IMG/VR virus record: IMGVR_UViG_3300042934_000594
Coordinates: 205,431 to 269,430 of that record
Length of the DNA stretch: 64,000 bases
Direction: 5' to 3' (one strand)
The notes beneath the pieces were generated by a model. It was not told the origin of the DNA. It did no database searches and was given only the letters and a program-made list of their open reading frames with translations. Made by a program: the position numbers and the translations under genes. Position 1 is the first letter of the stretch, and each line of letters begins with the position of its first letter. This document shows, piece after piece, positions 46,322 to 56,524 of the stretch.

Positions 46322-46582
46322 ATGGTCGATTTTTGGAAGCGTCATTCCCTCAGTATTATCCTGGGGTCCCTGTTCTTTGGAATGGTAGCCATCAGCTACC
46401 CACTGGGTTACTACATGTGGGATGGCAAGGGCGTCTATTTCTGGTGGTGGTTGGCCCAGACTGTGTTCTCATGTGAGGCGGACATGGGCGGTGCACTGAT
46501 TTTAGTATTGGCCACCAAATGGTTCTTTGAATACAAGTCAGCTGCCAGCCGTGACTTTGTCCCCGGAACTAAATCTAAGTAA
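46322..46582 (+). CDS. small membrane protein (DUF6766-like)
   Basis: FWKRHSLSIILG..ILVLATKWF..SAASR; preceded by TATG, followed by a UUCG hairpin. Confidence 0.6.
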   Translation: MVDFWKRHSLSIILGSLFFGMVAISYPLGYYMWDGKGVYFWWWLAQTVFSCEADMGGALILVLATKWFFEYKSAASRDFVPGTKSK

Positions 46583-46643
46583 TCTAACGGCGAGGTCTTC
46601 GGGCTTCGCCGTTATGTCTTTTATACCCTTTGGAGTTTCACCC

Positions 46644-47255
46644 ATGACCGTTCACAACTTTGCCGAATTGAAAGCGGCACGCCTGATGGAAGCCCGTGAC
46701 CTGACGGTCAATGAAGTCTATGAACTGCAACGCCGCATCTTCACGAACCTGGGCAAGCCGTACACTGCGGTGGCTCTGGGTCTGGAGACTGCGGCCCGTA
46801 CGCAGACGGACAATCAGCGCGCGATGCTCTTTCTCTCGGTAAATGACCCAGAGGTAGAGCCTAACCTGCGCCTGGAATACAAAAGCATGATTCACTCCAC
46901 CCTGCTGGAGAACGAAGCGCCTCGCACCTTTGCCACCTTGCAATTTTTCATGGACGGTTACGACGGCCCTGCTGCCCGGGTAGCCACCAACCCCTCGTAC
47001 CTACTGCGTCAGTTGGTACTGCAAGAACCGCGCATCAATGAATGGATGCTCGACGCCCCTTCACGCACTGTCCGTGAACTCTACAAGGCCGGCTACAAAA
47101 TGGCCACGGTGGCGCAAGACGGAATCAACCATATCTGGACGATGCGCAAAGGTCCTCATTATGTCCGCTTCGCGTTGTATGGCGACGTACTGGTGGCTGA
47201 CCGTGAACTGCTCAATCGCTACATTGCTGACAACGTACCCATGGGGACTTTCTAA
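46644..47255 (+). CDS. hypothetical protein
   Basis: GGAG before ATG46644. Confidence 0.75.
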   Translation: MTVHNFAELKAARLMEARDLTVNEVYELQRRIFTNLGKPYTAVALGLETAARTQTDNQRAMLFLSVNDPEVEPNLRLEYKSMIHSTLLENEAPRTFATLQFFMDGYDGPAARVATNPSYLLRQLVLQEPRINEWMLDAPSRTVRELYKAGYKMATVAQDGINHIWTMRKGPHYVRFALYGDVLVADRELLNRYIADNVPMGTF

Positions 47256-48172
47256 TGTCGGGTTTTATCAAAGTACCAACGGTGGCTAAGACCACTCACT
47301 CTGTCACCTGTCCATGCTGCGGCAAGTACAGTTGGACGGTGGACCATCTGTTTGAAGCGGCGCCCAAGCACTCTGGCGGTCACTACACAGTTCACTGGGA
47401 TTGCAATAAGTGCCAGGAAGACTTCGAGATCCACGTCTACGGTCCAGACCGGGTGGAGTTCAAACAGAAAGGCAAGAAAGCCAATCCGTTTATCCCGGCG
47501 TTGGTATTGCTCAAGTCCTGCCACGAAGAAAGCCCGGTCTACGCCTTGGTCGAGACGTCCTCGCACCTTAAGTCGATCAAGGAATCGCAACTGCCTGAGG
47601 ATCATCCGGACGCAGGCGGTGGCATGCGCTACTACTACGACGAGAGCACGTGCCCGACTAACTGGTTTCGTGACGTCACCAAACTGATCCATGAGGGAGA
47701 CGATGACCCACATGGCGTCTTTACGTTCGTGGCGGCGTTGTCCCAAGAAGAAGCCATGGCGTACCTGGAGAAGCACCACCAGACGCAGCGTTCGATTAAT
47801 CGCCCAGGCGGTGGTAAGCCAGACGTGGAGTTCATCGAATTCGGTGAGAACGTGCATTTGCTGTTCCCACAAGCATTCGGTGAAGGCCAAACCCTGGATG
47901 GCGTGGTCATGCGTGATGGGGCAGGTGAACTGACCCGTGCAATGACCTTCGTTGCAACACCTGAAGACCCGGGTCATGAAATGTACCTCTACGGCGACCC
48001 CAGCGCCGAAGAACGTTCGATCATGGATAAGTGGCTGGTCAAAAACACCACACCCACCCCCTCGACACCGTACAGTGCCACACTGGCATGGCCACCGGGG
48101 ATCACGTGGAACCAGCCTGCACAATCTGACACACTCCCTACTGAGACCCAGGACAAATCCGATGCCGAATGA
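47255..48172 (+). CDS. Zn-ribbon-containing hypothetical protein
   Basis: CPCC..WDCNKC; YYYDESTCPTNW; DPHG. Confidence 0.75.
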   Translation: MSGFIKVPTVAKTTHSVTCPCCGKYSWTVDHLFEAAPKHSGGHYTVHWDCNKCQEDFEIHVYGPDRVEFKQKGKKANPFIPALVLLKSCHEESPVYALVETSSHLKSIKESQLPEDHPDAGGGMRYYYDESTCPTNWFRDVTKLIHEGDDDPHGVFTFVAALSQEEAMAYLEKHHQTQRSINRPGGGKPDVEFIEFGENVHLLFPQAFGEGQTLDGVVMRDGAGELTRAMTFVATPEDPGHEMYLYGDPSAEERSIMDKWLVKNTTPTPSTPYSATLAWPPGITWNQPAQSDTLPTETQDKSDAE

Positions 48173-48776
48173 ACCGCACTTGTATTTGCGTGACTTGATC
48201 AACGCTTCCACCACGACTATGTTTCTTTGTGTGTTCAGTGAGCGTTACGGGTCCGGTTACGTGGCGGCAGTGGCCCCGACCATGGAAACCCTGGATGACA
48301 TCAATCGGGGTTTTGTGGCCAACAACATGGCCAGTGCCGAACACACTGACACCTACCCGTTGACCGATTGGTACCCCATTGCCACCGGTCGCTCACCCCA
48401 GGCTGCAATCGATGCTCTGGAAGCACGCATTGCTGCAATACCTACGGACGACTACGACGCGTATATCGGAGCGATCCATTACGTCAGCGGTCTTATCGAC
48501 AACGGGCGATTGGGTAAGGTGTACCTGACTCGCACATGGGTCGAAGCCAAGACGGGCCTGTTCACTGAAAACCCCCAGACCAGTCATCCGGGCGACATCA
48601 AGCGAATCAACTTCACTACAACCACCACCACACGTGGGCCTGACCTAAGTACCGTCCTTAGCCGATCTAAGGATCAGGCACCGGTAGACCCCACTGGGAT
48701 GAACCCGGCCATCGTAGGGGCGCTCCTGCGTGCTCACGGCATTACTAAGGAACCGGACCATGACGAATCCGAATAA
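48162..48776 (+). CDS. hypothetical protein
   Basis: AGGA before ATG48162. Confidence 0.7.
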   Translation: MPNEPHLYLRDLINASTTTMFLCVFSERYGSGYVAAVAPTMETLDDINRGFVANNMASAEHTDTYPLTDWYPIATGRSPQAAIDALEARIAAIPTDDYDAYIGAIHYVSGLIDNGRLGKVYLTRTWVEAKTGLFTENPQTSHPGDIKRINFTTTTTTRGPDLSTVLSRSKDQAPVDPTGMNPAIVGALLRAHGITKEPDHDESE

Positions 48777-49062
48777 CTGCACCACCTGCGAGTACAAGCA
48801 GATGAAAGAAGTCGGGCAACAGCCCGACCAGTTCTGCTACATGTTCCAGGACGCCCCGCAAGAGCAATGCATGCAGCACACCGGTTACAAGGAAGAAGAC
48901 GCCAAGTTGATGTCGAGCCTGGCCACGCTTGCCGCGCTGGCGGAGAAAGGTCTGCTCAAAAACACCACCCGTGTCCTGCGCAGTGTCACACTGCCTGACC
49001 GTGCCGACCCGGGCGTCATCTCCGGCGTGACCGACGGAATCTATCCAGTAAGGGGTAAGTGA
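48760..49062 (+). CDS. Cys-containing hypothetical protein
   Basis: CTTC..FCYMF..CMQH. Confidence 0.6.
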   Translation: MTNPNNCTTCEYKQMKEVGQQPDQFCYMFQDAPQEQCMQHTGYKEEDAKLMSSLATLAALAEKGLLKNTTRVLRSVTLPDRADPGVISGVTDGIYPVRGK

Positions 49063-49448
49063 TGGACATCGATAAACACCTCGAGAACCTGTACCTGAAA
49101 ACCGACCACATCACGTTTAAGGACATCGGGGCTAACGATGCGGTCACAGGTGCCCAGATCGCCATGCATGAAGACTTGAGTGGCGAGGGCATCTGGATCA
49201 ATACCGAGCTGGCTGCTGACATGGAGCCGTGCAAGCACTTGGGTCGTGTGATCCTGATGTCGTGCGATGTACGCTTTAACGTTGAAGTGCCCGACGGTTG
49301 GAACAGCACCAAGCTGGAACGACGCACCGTTAAGGTGTCGGTGTTTGGCGCCAACTACGCCACAGTGATCCGCCGCATGGAAGACTGGGTGTCCCGCAAC
49401 CCTAAGTTCCCCGAAGGCCTTATCCACTACCGGACCCGATTGAAATGA
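49059..49448 (+). CDS. hypothetical protein
   Basis: Coupled overlaps. Confidence 0.7.
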   Translation: MMDIDKHLENLYLKTDHITFKDIGANDAVTGAQIAMHEDLSGEGIWINTELAADMEPCKHLGRVILMSCDVRFNVEVPDGWNSTKLERRTVKVSVFGANYATVIRRMEDWVSRNPKFPEGLIHYRTRLK

Positions 49449-50050
49449 CCGCTACCTCCATACCGCAAGGGATTCCTCGCCAGTACATGGCTGCCGAAGA
49501 CATTTGGCTGTCGCTACTGTCTAACCGCAAGACCGGCAAAACCGCGGTGCGTAAGCTGTGCTTGAAGCTGCAAAAGCGCACCACCCCCAACATCGCCCAG
49601 GGATTGTTGGCCCGTATCTTGGAGTGCTCTGACCCCGAAACCGAGATACTGCTAGCGGCTGACGAAGAAGCCTCCCTCAAAACCATCATGCGTGACTTTG
49701 ACGAGGCCAACCACACCGGCATGGTCATCGTCAATGACAAGATCTACCCGTTGACGCTGGACTTCAGTCCTAAGACGTTCACCACCCACCGCATGGTCGA
49801 ACTCCAAGGCGAGTACTTCTGGATCCCAGACCAGGTTCGCGTCGAAGAAGGTGACGCAGATGACCCACAGTGGTGTGTGGAGAATGAAGAGTCCCTGGTC
49901 AATGAATGCGCTCGCGCGGCCATGAACTTTCTGGGGGTGCACACCTTGCGCTGCACGGTGGTGCTGTCACGCAAATTCGGCTTTACTAACCGACCACACA
50001 AAATCGTGATCATGCGTCAACAACACACTCGACTCAAGAAGGCAGGATAA
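49445..50050 (+). CDS. hypothetical protein
   Basis: 201-aa ORF in operon. Confidence 0.65.
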   Translation: MTATSIPQGIPRQYMAAEDIWLSLLSNRKTGKTAVRKLCLKLQKRTTPNIAQGLLARILECSDPETEILLAADEEASLKTIMRDFDEANHTGMVIVNDKIYPLTLDFSPKTFTTHRMVELQGEYFWIPDQVRVEEGDADDPQWCVENEESLVNECARAAMNFLGVHTLRCTVVLSRKFGFTNRPHKIVIMRQQHTRLKKAG

Positions 50051-50052
50051 CC

Positions 50053-51192
50053 ATGCTGTTCAGCGAACGCAGTAAAATCCAGAGGGCGTTATCCAAACCC
50101 CACGCCCTGTTCACCGGGGTGACGTTTACCGACAGCCGTGGGGCATCGCGTAAAGTCAACTGCCACCGTATTGATGAATCGGCACTGTGGTACGTGGGAC
50201 CTAACTTCGAAGACCTGGGTGAAACCTGGGACAGTATCCAGGACCTTAAGTGGTTGGGCCTGACGGACGCTGAGACCGCTTGTGTTCGTGAACACTTGGA
50301 GTCACGTAGCGTGCACCTGGCGCAAGTGAACCAAGCCATTAGCCAAATCTCAGCACCGGGTCGCTGGCGTGTCCCGGCCTATCGAGACCCCCAAGGGCGG
50401 CAATGGTACATCACCAGTCGTCACAACCTGCACCGCACCAATGGACACTGGAGCGTAGTGCTGCATCGGGACGCTGATGCTCAAGACGGTGAGCACCCTT
50501 CGCTGTACTTGCCGTACTCAACGCTTAAAGGTCCGATCGATTGGGCCTTTGGGGAACGTGAAGAACTGCCACCAGAGCCGCCACGTAAACCCCGCAAGGG
50601 CGAGTGGTACAGTGTACGCCTCTATGACGTGAAGACGGACACCTTACTGCCTAACGTCGTCGCACAGGTCAGGCTGGCTCCTGGAATCATCGACTACCGC
50701 TACGGCGTACTGACCTTGAACCCCGGTGAGTTACCGGCCCGTTCACCGTCCATGTCCTTGGATTACCCCAAGCTGCACAAGGATGTGGCTCGGACCATGT
50801 CGCAGTTGCTCAATGATGACTCGGTGAAAGTCACCGCGGTGGTAATCCCTGAAGAAGAGTTTTACGGGGAGTACTACCCTGAAGTCCTGGCCATGTTCTT
50901 CCAGGGAATCCATCCAAATGGTGCGTTGGAATTGCGTCGTGGGTTTCAACTGACGCGTCATCCGCATCAGCACCCCAACCGCACTGTGCACCTGACGGCC
51001 CGTGGTCGAACGGATCACAGTGGTATTAACTGGTCAGTGGACGACGACTTCGGCGTCACGAGTATCATAGACCACAGTGGCGAGTTCTTCCCGATCTCCC
51101 GGGAAGCTCGCCAAGGCATTGAGGATGATTTGCGCGAACGGTTGACCAGGTGCGCGCAGGGACACTTGGACGGTTTTACTTTTAACTTCTGA
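50053..51192 (+). CDS. hypothetical multidomain protein
   Basis: 379-aa ORF with AGGA RBS. Confidence 0.75.
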   Translation: MLFSERSKIQRALSKPHALFTGVTFTDSRGASRKVNCHRIDESALWYVGPNFEDLGETWDSIQDLKWLGLTDAETACVREHLESRSVHLAQVNQAISQISAPGRWRVPAYRDPQGRQWYITSRHNLHRTNGHWSVVLHRDADAQDGEHPSLYLPYSTLKGPIDWAFGEREELPPEPPRKPRKGEWYSVRLYDVKTDTLLPNVVAQVRLAPGIIDYRYGVLTLNPGELPARSPSMSLDYPKLHKDVARTMSQLLNDDSVKVTAVVIPEEEFYGEYYPEVLAMFFQGIHPNGALELRRGFQLTRHPHQHPNRTVHLTARGRTDHSGINWSVDDDFGVTSIIDHSGEFFPISREARQGIEDDLRERLTRCAQGHLDGFTFNF

Positions 51193-51230
51193 GGTTAATG
51201 TTGTACCTAACTCTCTAAAGGAAGTTTCCC

Positions 51231-51740
51231 GTGATCAAGTGGTTGTTTAAACGGGCGTGTCGACGGCAGGACATTCCTGAGTACAGCGCTGAGGCCATTT
51301 GGCAAGCCTTTGCTCCTCACACCAAAAGCAGCTGGTTCTTGAAGTTCTACGGCAAGTCATTGCTGCGAGCGAACAAGTACCAGTTGTTGTTGTCGATGTT
51401 GTTGCTGGACTTTCTGACTGGCGACGGCGTGGACTGGACGTTGCAGACCTTGCGCCGCTACCTGGAACCTAAGCACGTCACCCTGGCGATCTGTCAGTTT
51501 TGCCGTGACTTTCAAACCGGGTACGGGCGACACTACTTGGAGAACCCTGACCAAGTGGCGTTCGATACTGGTTCCTACGATGCCATGCGCCGGGTGTTCA
51601 CCCAGCAGTTGGTGGCCATATTGGTGCGCGAGTCTCGCAAGCCAGATGCTGAGGACAAGTACCTGACACGGCTGCAAGGTTTCTATTGCCAGCCTTGGAA
51701 AGATTGGATGCAAGGACGCGTCACTGAACGCAGTGCGTAA
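51231..51740 (+). CDS. hypothetical protein
   Basis: AAGGA RBS with GTG start; hairpin at 51746-51765. Confidence 0.7.
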   Translation: MIKWLFKRACRRQDIPEYSAEAIWQAFAPHTKSSWFLKFYGKSLLRANKYQLLLSMLLLDFLTGDGVDWTLQTLRRYLEPKHVTLAICQFCRDFQTGYGRHYLENPDQVAFDTGSYDAMRRVFTQQLVAILVRESRKPDAEDKYLTRLQGFYCQPWKDWMQGRVTERSA

Positions 51741-51779
51741 TAACGCCCTCTCCTACGGGAGAGGGTTTATAACCTGGGC

Positions 51780-51807
51780 ACTCAACGGTATTTGAAGTTT
51801 ATATCAC
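51780..51807 (+). promoter_or_regulatory. early promoter candidate
   Basis: ACTCAACG-gta-TTTGAAGTTTATATCAC. Confidence 0.6.
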
Positions 51808-51956
51808 TACGGAGAGCACAGTAGGGTTCGCCCTACTGGGCGTGCCTTTCTTTTTTAGAGTGGATGAAGATGTCTCAGATGCTCAACCTTAACCGAGCAC
51901 CCGGGTCCCAGATGGACGTTGTCCGGGAGGTGCTACCTTAACTACAGGAGTTTGTA

Positions 51957-52463
51957 ATGTCACGCCTCGTCAAGTCACCCCGTGCTGCCAAGTCCGTGTT
52001 CAAGGACTTCTACCCGGGCCGTTTGTATTTGATCTACAAAGTCAACCCCCACATTGGTCGTCTACTGCTGGAAGACTTCGCCAAGACGTTCCATGACGGC
52101 TATATGACCGTCAAACCGCGCTGGGAGGATGCTCACGACAACATTCGACTGATCACCTACGATCACCCGGAAAAGGGCCGTGCGGCGATCATGTACGACT
52201 ACAGCCGCTCTGAGGCCGTCGTTCAGCTGATCCTGGACTTGAATGGCCCGTTGCCCGAGCTGTTGTGTAAAGACTGGCGAGCGTACCGTATAGTGCGCCA
52301 AGGTCGCAAACTGCACCCCAATGCAGACACCCCCTGGGGCGTGGTTTACACCGAACAAATTTCTCACCCCACCGTACCCGATGAGCGCAGTGAAGAGCGT
52401 GCTACCCACGACCGTTCACTGTGGGCTTTGATCGTGCGTTACTTTAAAGGAAAGTTTTCATGA
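51957..52463 (+). CDS. hypothetical protein
   Basis: AGGAG RBS. Confidence 0.75.
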   Translation: MSRLVKSPRAAKSVFKDFYPGRLYLIYKVNPHIGRLLLEDFAKTFHDGYMTVKPRWEDAHDNIRLITYDHPEKGRAAIMYDYSRSEAVVQLILDLNGPLPELLCKDWRAYRIVRQGRKLHPNADTPWGVVYTEQISHPTVPDERSEERATHDRSLWALIVRYFKGKFS

Positions 52464-52831
52464 TTCGTAAAATCCATTGGGCCAATGCCGCTGTGCAACT
52501 GGACACCATCCTTCACGAACTGACCCTGGCTGAGCAACACCACCCAGGTTTCCCGCGTCTGGTAGTCCCGTTCGAAATCTTCAAGTGCTACATCAGCTTG
52601 CAGCGCGCACGGGTAGACTTCTTCGCCCCCCTTGAGGTGAACATCGGTTTTCCGATTGCCGATGCGGCGATCGCCAAGCATGTTGACGCCCTGTCGTCCT
52701 ACACCACCCTGGTAGAACCGGAGAACGGCTTCAGTGTGCTGGAAGTCATGGAGTACGTACTCACCCTGCGTCACAAACTGGAGCGGGCTAAGCTGGATTA
52801 CCTGGCTGGTCCGTACAGGGTGCGACTGTGA
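52460..52831 (+). CDS. hypothetical protein
   Basis: ATGA overlap. Confidence 0.7.
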   Translation: MIRKIHWANAAVQLDTILHELTLAEQHHPGFPRLVVPFEIFKCYISLQRARVDFFAPLEVNIGFPIADAAIAKHVDALSSYTTLVEPENGFSVLEVMEYVLTLRHKLERAKLDYLAGPYRVRL

Positions 52832-53133
52832 TCCCGATGACCGAAGTCCCAAAGGTACGCATGCCGCTGTCCGCCGAGCGTTACTTGCAACGTTTTGAAG
52901 GCGTGCGGGTGTTGTTCCGTGTACCGGTTGAGCAAGAAATGCGTGGCAGTTACGAATACGTCCACCCACTGCAAGACAGTGACTCGGTGGGGGCCCTGGA
53001 ACAACGGGTTCGGGAATCGTTCCCGGGCGTGTGCTTCTCTATTCTGGATGGGCGCAGTTCAATCCCCCTTACCTGCATCAGGACCATGGGGCAACTGCGC
53101 AACACCTACGAACACAGCAGGAGGTGTCCATGA
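52828..53133 (+). CDS. hypothetical protein
   Basis: GTGA overlap. Confidence 0.6.
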   Translation: MIPMTEVPKVRMPLSAERYLQRFEGVRVLFRVPVEQEMRGSYEYVHPLQDSDSVGALEQRVRESFPGVCFSILDGRSSIPLTCIRTMGQLRNTYEHSRRCP

Positions 53134-53609
53134 ACGTACCCATACTGCACCCCTTACTGTTTCTGGTTATCAGCGCCGAGCCTGAGATGACTGCCGAGAT
53201 CGCCATGGAGGCGGTCTCCGACATCCCTCTCCATGGTCTGACTGAAGACACCGTGGTGGAAATTGCCATGGCGGCGGTGGAATCTAACCTCAACAACATG
53301 TCGCTTGGTGTGGTGCGCATCACCAACCACATGCAGCGCCAACCTGAATTGCGTGTGGTGGGTCATGGCTTTAATGCCCTGGGTCACGGCGTCCCAGGTG
53401 CCCTGGAGGAATTCCAGAACTGGGTCAAGGGATACGTGTCGGGCGGTCTTCCTGAAGAACTGCTGCTGCACAACACTCTGACCAACTGCTACGTGTCACT
53501 GATGGTGTCACCGATGACCTTGGCCCAACTGGCCATGGTGACGTTACCACCAGACCCCCCTCGAGAACTGCCCAAGCAAAACGCACCCAGTACACCCACC
53601 CTGCACTAG
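53130..53609 (+). CDS. hypothetical protein
   Basis: AGGAGGT before ATG53130. Confidence 0.75.
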   Translation: MNVPILHPLLFLVISAEPEMTAEIAMEAVSDIPLHGLTEDTVVEIAMAAVESNLNNMSLGVVRITNHMQRQPELRVVGHGFNALGHGVPGALEEFQNWVKGYVSGGLPEELLLHNTLTNCYVSLMVSPMTLAQLAMVTLPPDPPRELPKQNAPSTPTLH

Positions 53610-53617
53610 GAGGCTGT

Positions 53618-54154
53618 ATGTTTGATTGGTGGAATACCTTACGTTACCGTAAACGGATCTTTGCTTTCTTACAGACGGTGGTCGCCGCCCAGTACCCGCA
53701 CTTGAGCGTGCGCTTTATTGACGGGATGGGTGAAGACCGGCGCGCGACGTTTGTGGGTTTTGATCGCCAGCGGGTCTGGTTGCGCACGGGGTGCCATTTG
53801 ATCTGGATCCCGCGCAACAAACTGCGCATGTCCCTGCACGACGTAGCTGAGGAGACGCCTCAGCTACAGCGCTGGAAGAACTCGGACCGGTATCAAGCTA
53901 CGGTGGCGGCATTGGCACAACACCGGGCATTGCACCCTCAGCAAAAGATCAGTGTGTTGGTGCGTGATACCAATGAGATCATCACCAGTAGCCGAGGCGT
54001 GCAGCACACCACGTTTGTGGAGGCACAGTACCCAGACGAATCCCTCTCGGTGATCTGGCATTACACCGACGCCAGTTGGTCTCGGGCCAGGGTCTTCTTC
54101 CCTCACGAACTGCTGATCGGAGTCTTCCATGAAAAACCGATGGTACCCGCCTAA
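53618..54154 (+). CDS. hypothetical protein
   Basis: AGGAGG RBS. Confidence 0.7.
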   Translation: MFDWWNTLRYRKRIFAFLQTVVAAQYPHLSVRFIDGMGEDRRATFVGFDRQRVWLRTGCHLIWIPRNKLRMSLHDVAEETPQLQRWKNSDRYQATVAALAQHRALHPQQKISVLVRDTNEIITSSRGVQHTTFVEAQYPDESLSVIWHYTDASWSRARVFFPHELLIGVFHEKPMVPA

Positions 54155-54341
54155 ACGGCAAAAAGCGTTTCGTAACACCATCAAGCAGCCTACCCGTTAT
54201 CGGCTGGGCGATATCGCTTGGGTCACGCGATTGATCACCGACTCCCTAATTGGCCACCTCCAAGACGTGGCGGCCAGCTGGACCCCTGAACAACGCACCG
54301 CGGTGCGTGAACACATTCACCTTAATTTCGCCTCTGTGTAA
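54129..54341 (+). CDS. hypothetical protein
   Basis: GGAG RBS; fills the gap to thyA. Confidence 0.55.
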   Translation: MKNRWYPPKRQKAFRNTIKQPTRYRLGDIAWVTRLITDSLIGHLQDVAASWTPEQRTAVREHIHLNFASV

Positions 54342-54350
54342 GGAAGTAGT

Positions 54351-55604
54351 ATGCGCGCTTATCAAGACCTGGTCCGTCACGTCCGGGACAATGGCAATAA
54401 TCACCCCAACGATCGCACTGGTGTGGGCACTCGTAACGTGGTCGGTGCTCTGATGCGCTGGTGGCTGCCCGACGGTTTCCCCGCGGTCACCGTCAAGCAC
54501 ACCGCCACCGGGAATGTGAAGAGCGAGCAGCTGTGGCTGCTGTCGGGTAACACTGACCTGAAGTTCTTGTTGGACAACAACAACCACATCTGGGACGAGT
54601 GGGTCCTACCTGGCACCGAAGTTTGGGGTGAGACGCCGTACACCCTGGAAGAGCGTTGGAAGATTTTCCTGCGTGGTTGGGAACGCGAGCAATACGACGG
54701 CAAGCAGCTACACGCGCTGGGCCTGTCTTATGACGTCGCGCTGCCTGAGTCGAACAAGCAGAAACAAATTGTCCTCGATGCGCTCAACATCTACACCCAC
54801 CCGCTGCTTGACGGCAAATTGGGTAAGGTATACGGCCAGCAGCAACGCGCCTGGGACGACACCCGTACCGTTACCCGTGACGCTTACTACCACGGCAAAT
54901 ATAGCAGCAGGGGCTACAAGGTCATCGGCGAGTACCACGCGAAAACCGATGATGAAAGCAACCCGCGGGTTGACATGGTGGTGATTCAACGCAAGGTCGA
55001 TCAGTTGAAGAACGCGATCGACACCCTCAAGACCAATCCTGACTCACGCCGGATCATCGTGATGTCCTGGAACCCGGGTGAGTTGGAAGACATGGCATTG
55101 CCGCCGTGCCATATGGACTATCAGTTCACCACCACCATCCTGACGTTGCACGAACGCATGGAGCTGTTCAACGCACTGTTAGCCAAGGCTCACCTCAAGG
55201 CTGTACTGCCGGCCATGCCTGAGCCGGACTTCAATGAAGAGCTCGTGCACGCGATCATGGACCGTTACGAGGTGCCCAAGCGTCGTCTGAACTGCATCTT
55301 CCACATGCGTTCGATCGACGTGGGTCTGGGGCTGCCGTTTAACATCGCCTCCTACGCGATGCTGACTCACATGGTCGCGCAGTGCGTGAACATGGAAGTT
55401 GGTGAGTTGGTCTGGCTGGGCGGTGACGTCCACATCTACGACAACCACCAGAAGTTGTACAAGATCCTGGAACGCGATCCGCTACCTCTGTGTCAGATCA
55501 AACTGAACCCAGAGGTCAAAAAGATCGATGACTTCAAGATGAGCGACATCGAAATCCTCAACTACAAGTCGCACCCCAAGATCACCCTTCCGGTGGCCGT
55601 ATGA
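54351..55604 (+). CDS. thyA: thymidylate synthase with insertions
   Basis: DRTGVGT, IWDEW, LGKVYGQQQR, DSRR, ALPPCH, RSIDVGLGLPFNIASY, DVHIYDNH. Confidence 0.96.
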   Translation: MRAYQDLVRHVRDNGNNHPNDRTGVGTRNVVGALMRWWLPDGFPAVTVKHTATGNVKSEQLWLLSGNTDLKFLLDNNNHIWDEWVLPGTEVWGETPYTLEERWKIFLRGWEREQYDGKQLHALGLSYDVALPESNKQKQIVLDALNIYTHPLLDGKLGKVYGQQQRAWDDTRTVTRDAYYHGKYSSRGYKVIGEYHAKTDDESNPRVDMVVIQRKVDQLKNAIDTLKTNPDSRRIIVMSWNPGELEDMALPPCHMDYQFTTTILTLHERMELFNALLAKAHLKAVLPAMPEPDFNEELVHAIMDRYEVPKRRLNCIFHMRSIDVGLGLPFNIASYAMLTHMVAQCVNMEVGELVWLGGDVHIYDNHQKLYKILERDPLPLCQIKLNPEVKKIDDFKMSDIEILNYKSHPKITLPVAV

Positions 55605-55846
55605 AGGTACGCGAACACCGCGGGTCGCTCGATGAATCCATGACCACCGTCGCGGAGATCGAACCGACTCGCAGTGCTTTGCTGGCCCACATCAAAACAC
55701 GGTTGCACTGGCCTGTGCACCTGAGCGTTGACGACCTGGTGCTCAAGCCAGGTCTTTACGATGCGCGCATTGACTGGAACACCCATGTCCTGGCCATTCG
55801 TGGCTATGGGGTGTTCGGGATGACGGACGGTCCATTGGAGGACTGA
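55601..55846 (+). CDS. hypothetical phage protein
   Basis: ATGA overlap; HRGSLDESM, YDARIDW. Confidence 0.7.
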   Translation: MKVREHRGSLDESMTTVAEIEPTRSALLAHIKTRLHWPVHLSVDDLVLKPGLYDARIDWNTHVLAIRGYGVFGMTDGPLED

Positions 55847-55847
55847 G

Positions 55848-56126
55848 ATGACCCTTGAACAAATGATGCCTAAGCACTTCCCTGATGCGATTGGGGTGAC
55901 GCTGCAAGGCCCCGAGTCTGTACTGGATTCGATGGTCGTGGATTTGGCTGCCGTTCTGCAAGCCAAGGGCTACTCCGTGTACAGCGCCTCGCGCATGGTC
56001 GAAGGCCAACGTCCGGTGGTGTTCCTCAACGCCGGGGATGCGCAGGCTGCACAAGAACAACTCCACCACTCCTGCCGCAATAGCTTGGCGGGCGTTCTTA
56101 CCTTTGATAAGGAAGCTTCACAATGA
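55848..56126 (+). CDS. hypothetical protein
   Basis: GGAGG RBS. Confidence 0.7.
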   Translation: MTLEQMMPKHFPDAIGVTLQGPESVLDSMVVDLAAVLQAKGYSVYSASRMVEGQRPVVFLNAGDAQAAQEQLHHSCRNSLAGVLTFDKEASQ

Positions 56127-56524
56127 CTTCACTGGCCCCCAAACTTTACCCTGAAGACGTGCGTCGTGTCACCCGCGCGCTGATCGCTGCGCTGTTGGAG
56201 ATCGTCGATGGGGTGTTGCCCAATGAACCGATTGACGTCGATTACATCCTCTACAAACCCAAAGACCTCAAGTACGTCAAGATCACCCTGACTCAAGTCA
56301 CCCCTGATCGTATCCGCGTGGCCTTCACGCTGGAAAATGGCTCCTCGGCCACTTACGGCTGGCGTCGCAATCAATTTGGCAAGTGGGTGCAGTTGGATGA
56401 CGCCAACGTCGACGCCGGTAACGGGCCGTCACATTGGATGCTCACGGGCATGGATGAGGTCCGTGCCTTGACGCATGCAGTGTTGGTGGTGCGCGGGTTG
56501 ATCCGCGACAGCGAAGATGAATGA
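56123..56524 (+). CDS. hypothetical protein
   Basis: ATGA overlap. Confidence 0.7.
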   Translation: MTSLAPKLYPEDVRRVTRALIAALLEIVDGVLPNEPIDVDYILYKPKDLKYVKITLTQVTPDRIRVAFTLENGSSATYGWRRNQFGKWVQLDDANVDAGNGPSHWMLTGMDEVRALTHAVLVVRGLIRDSEDE

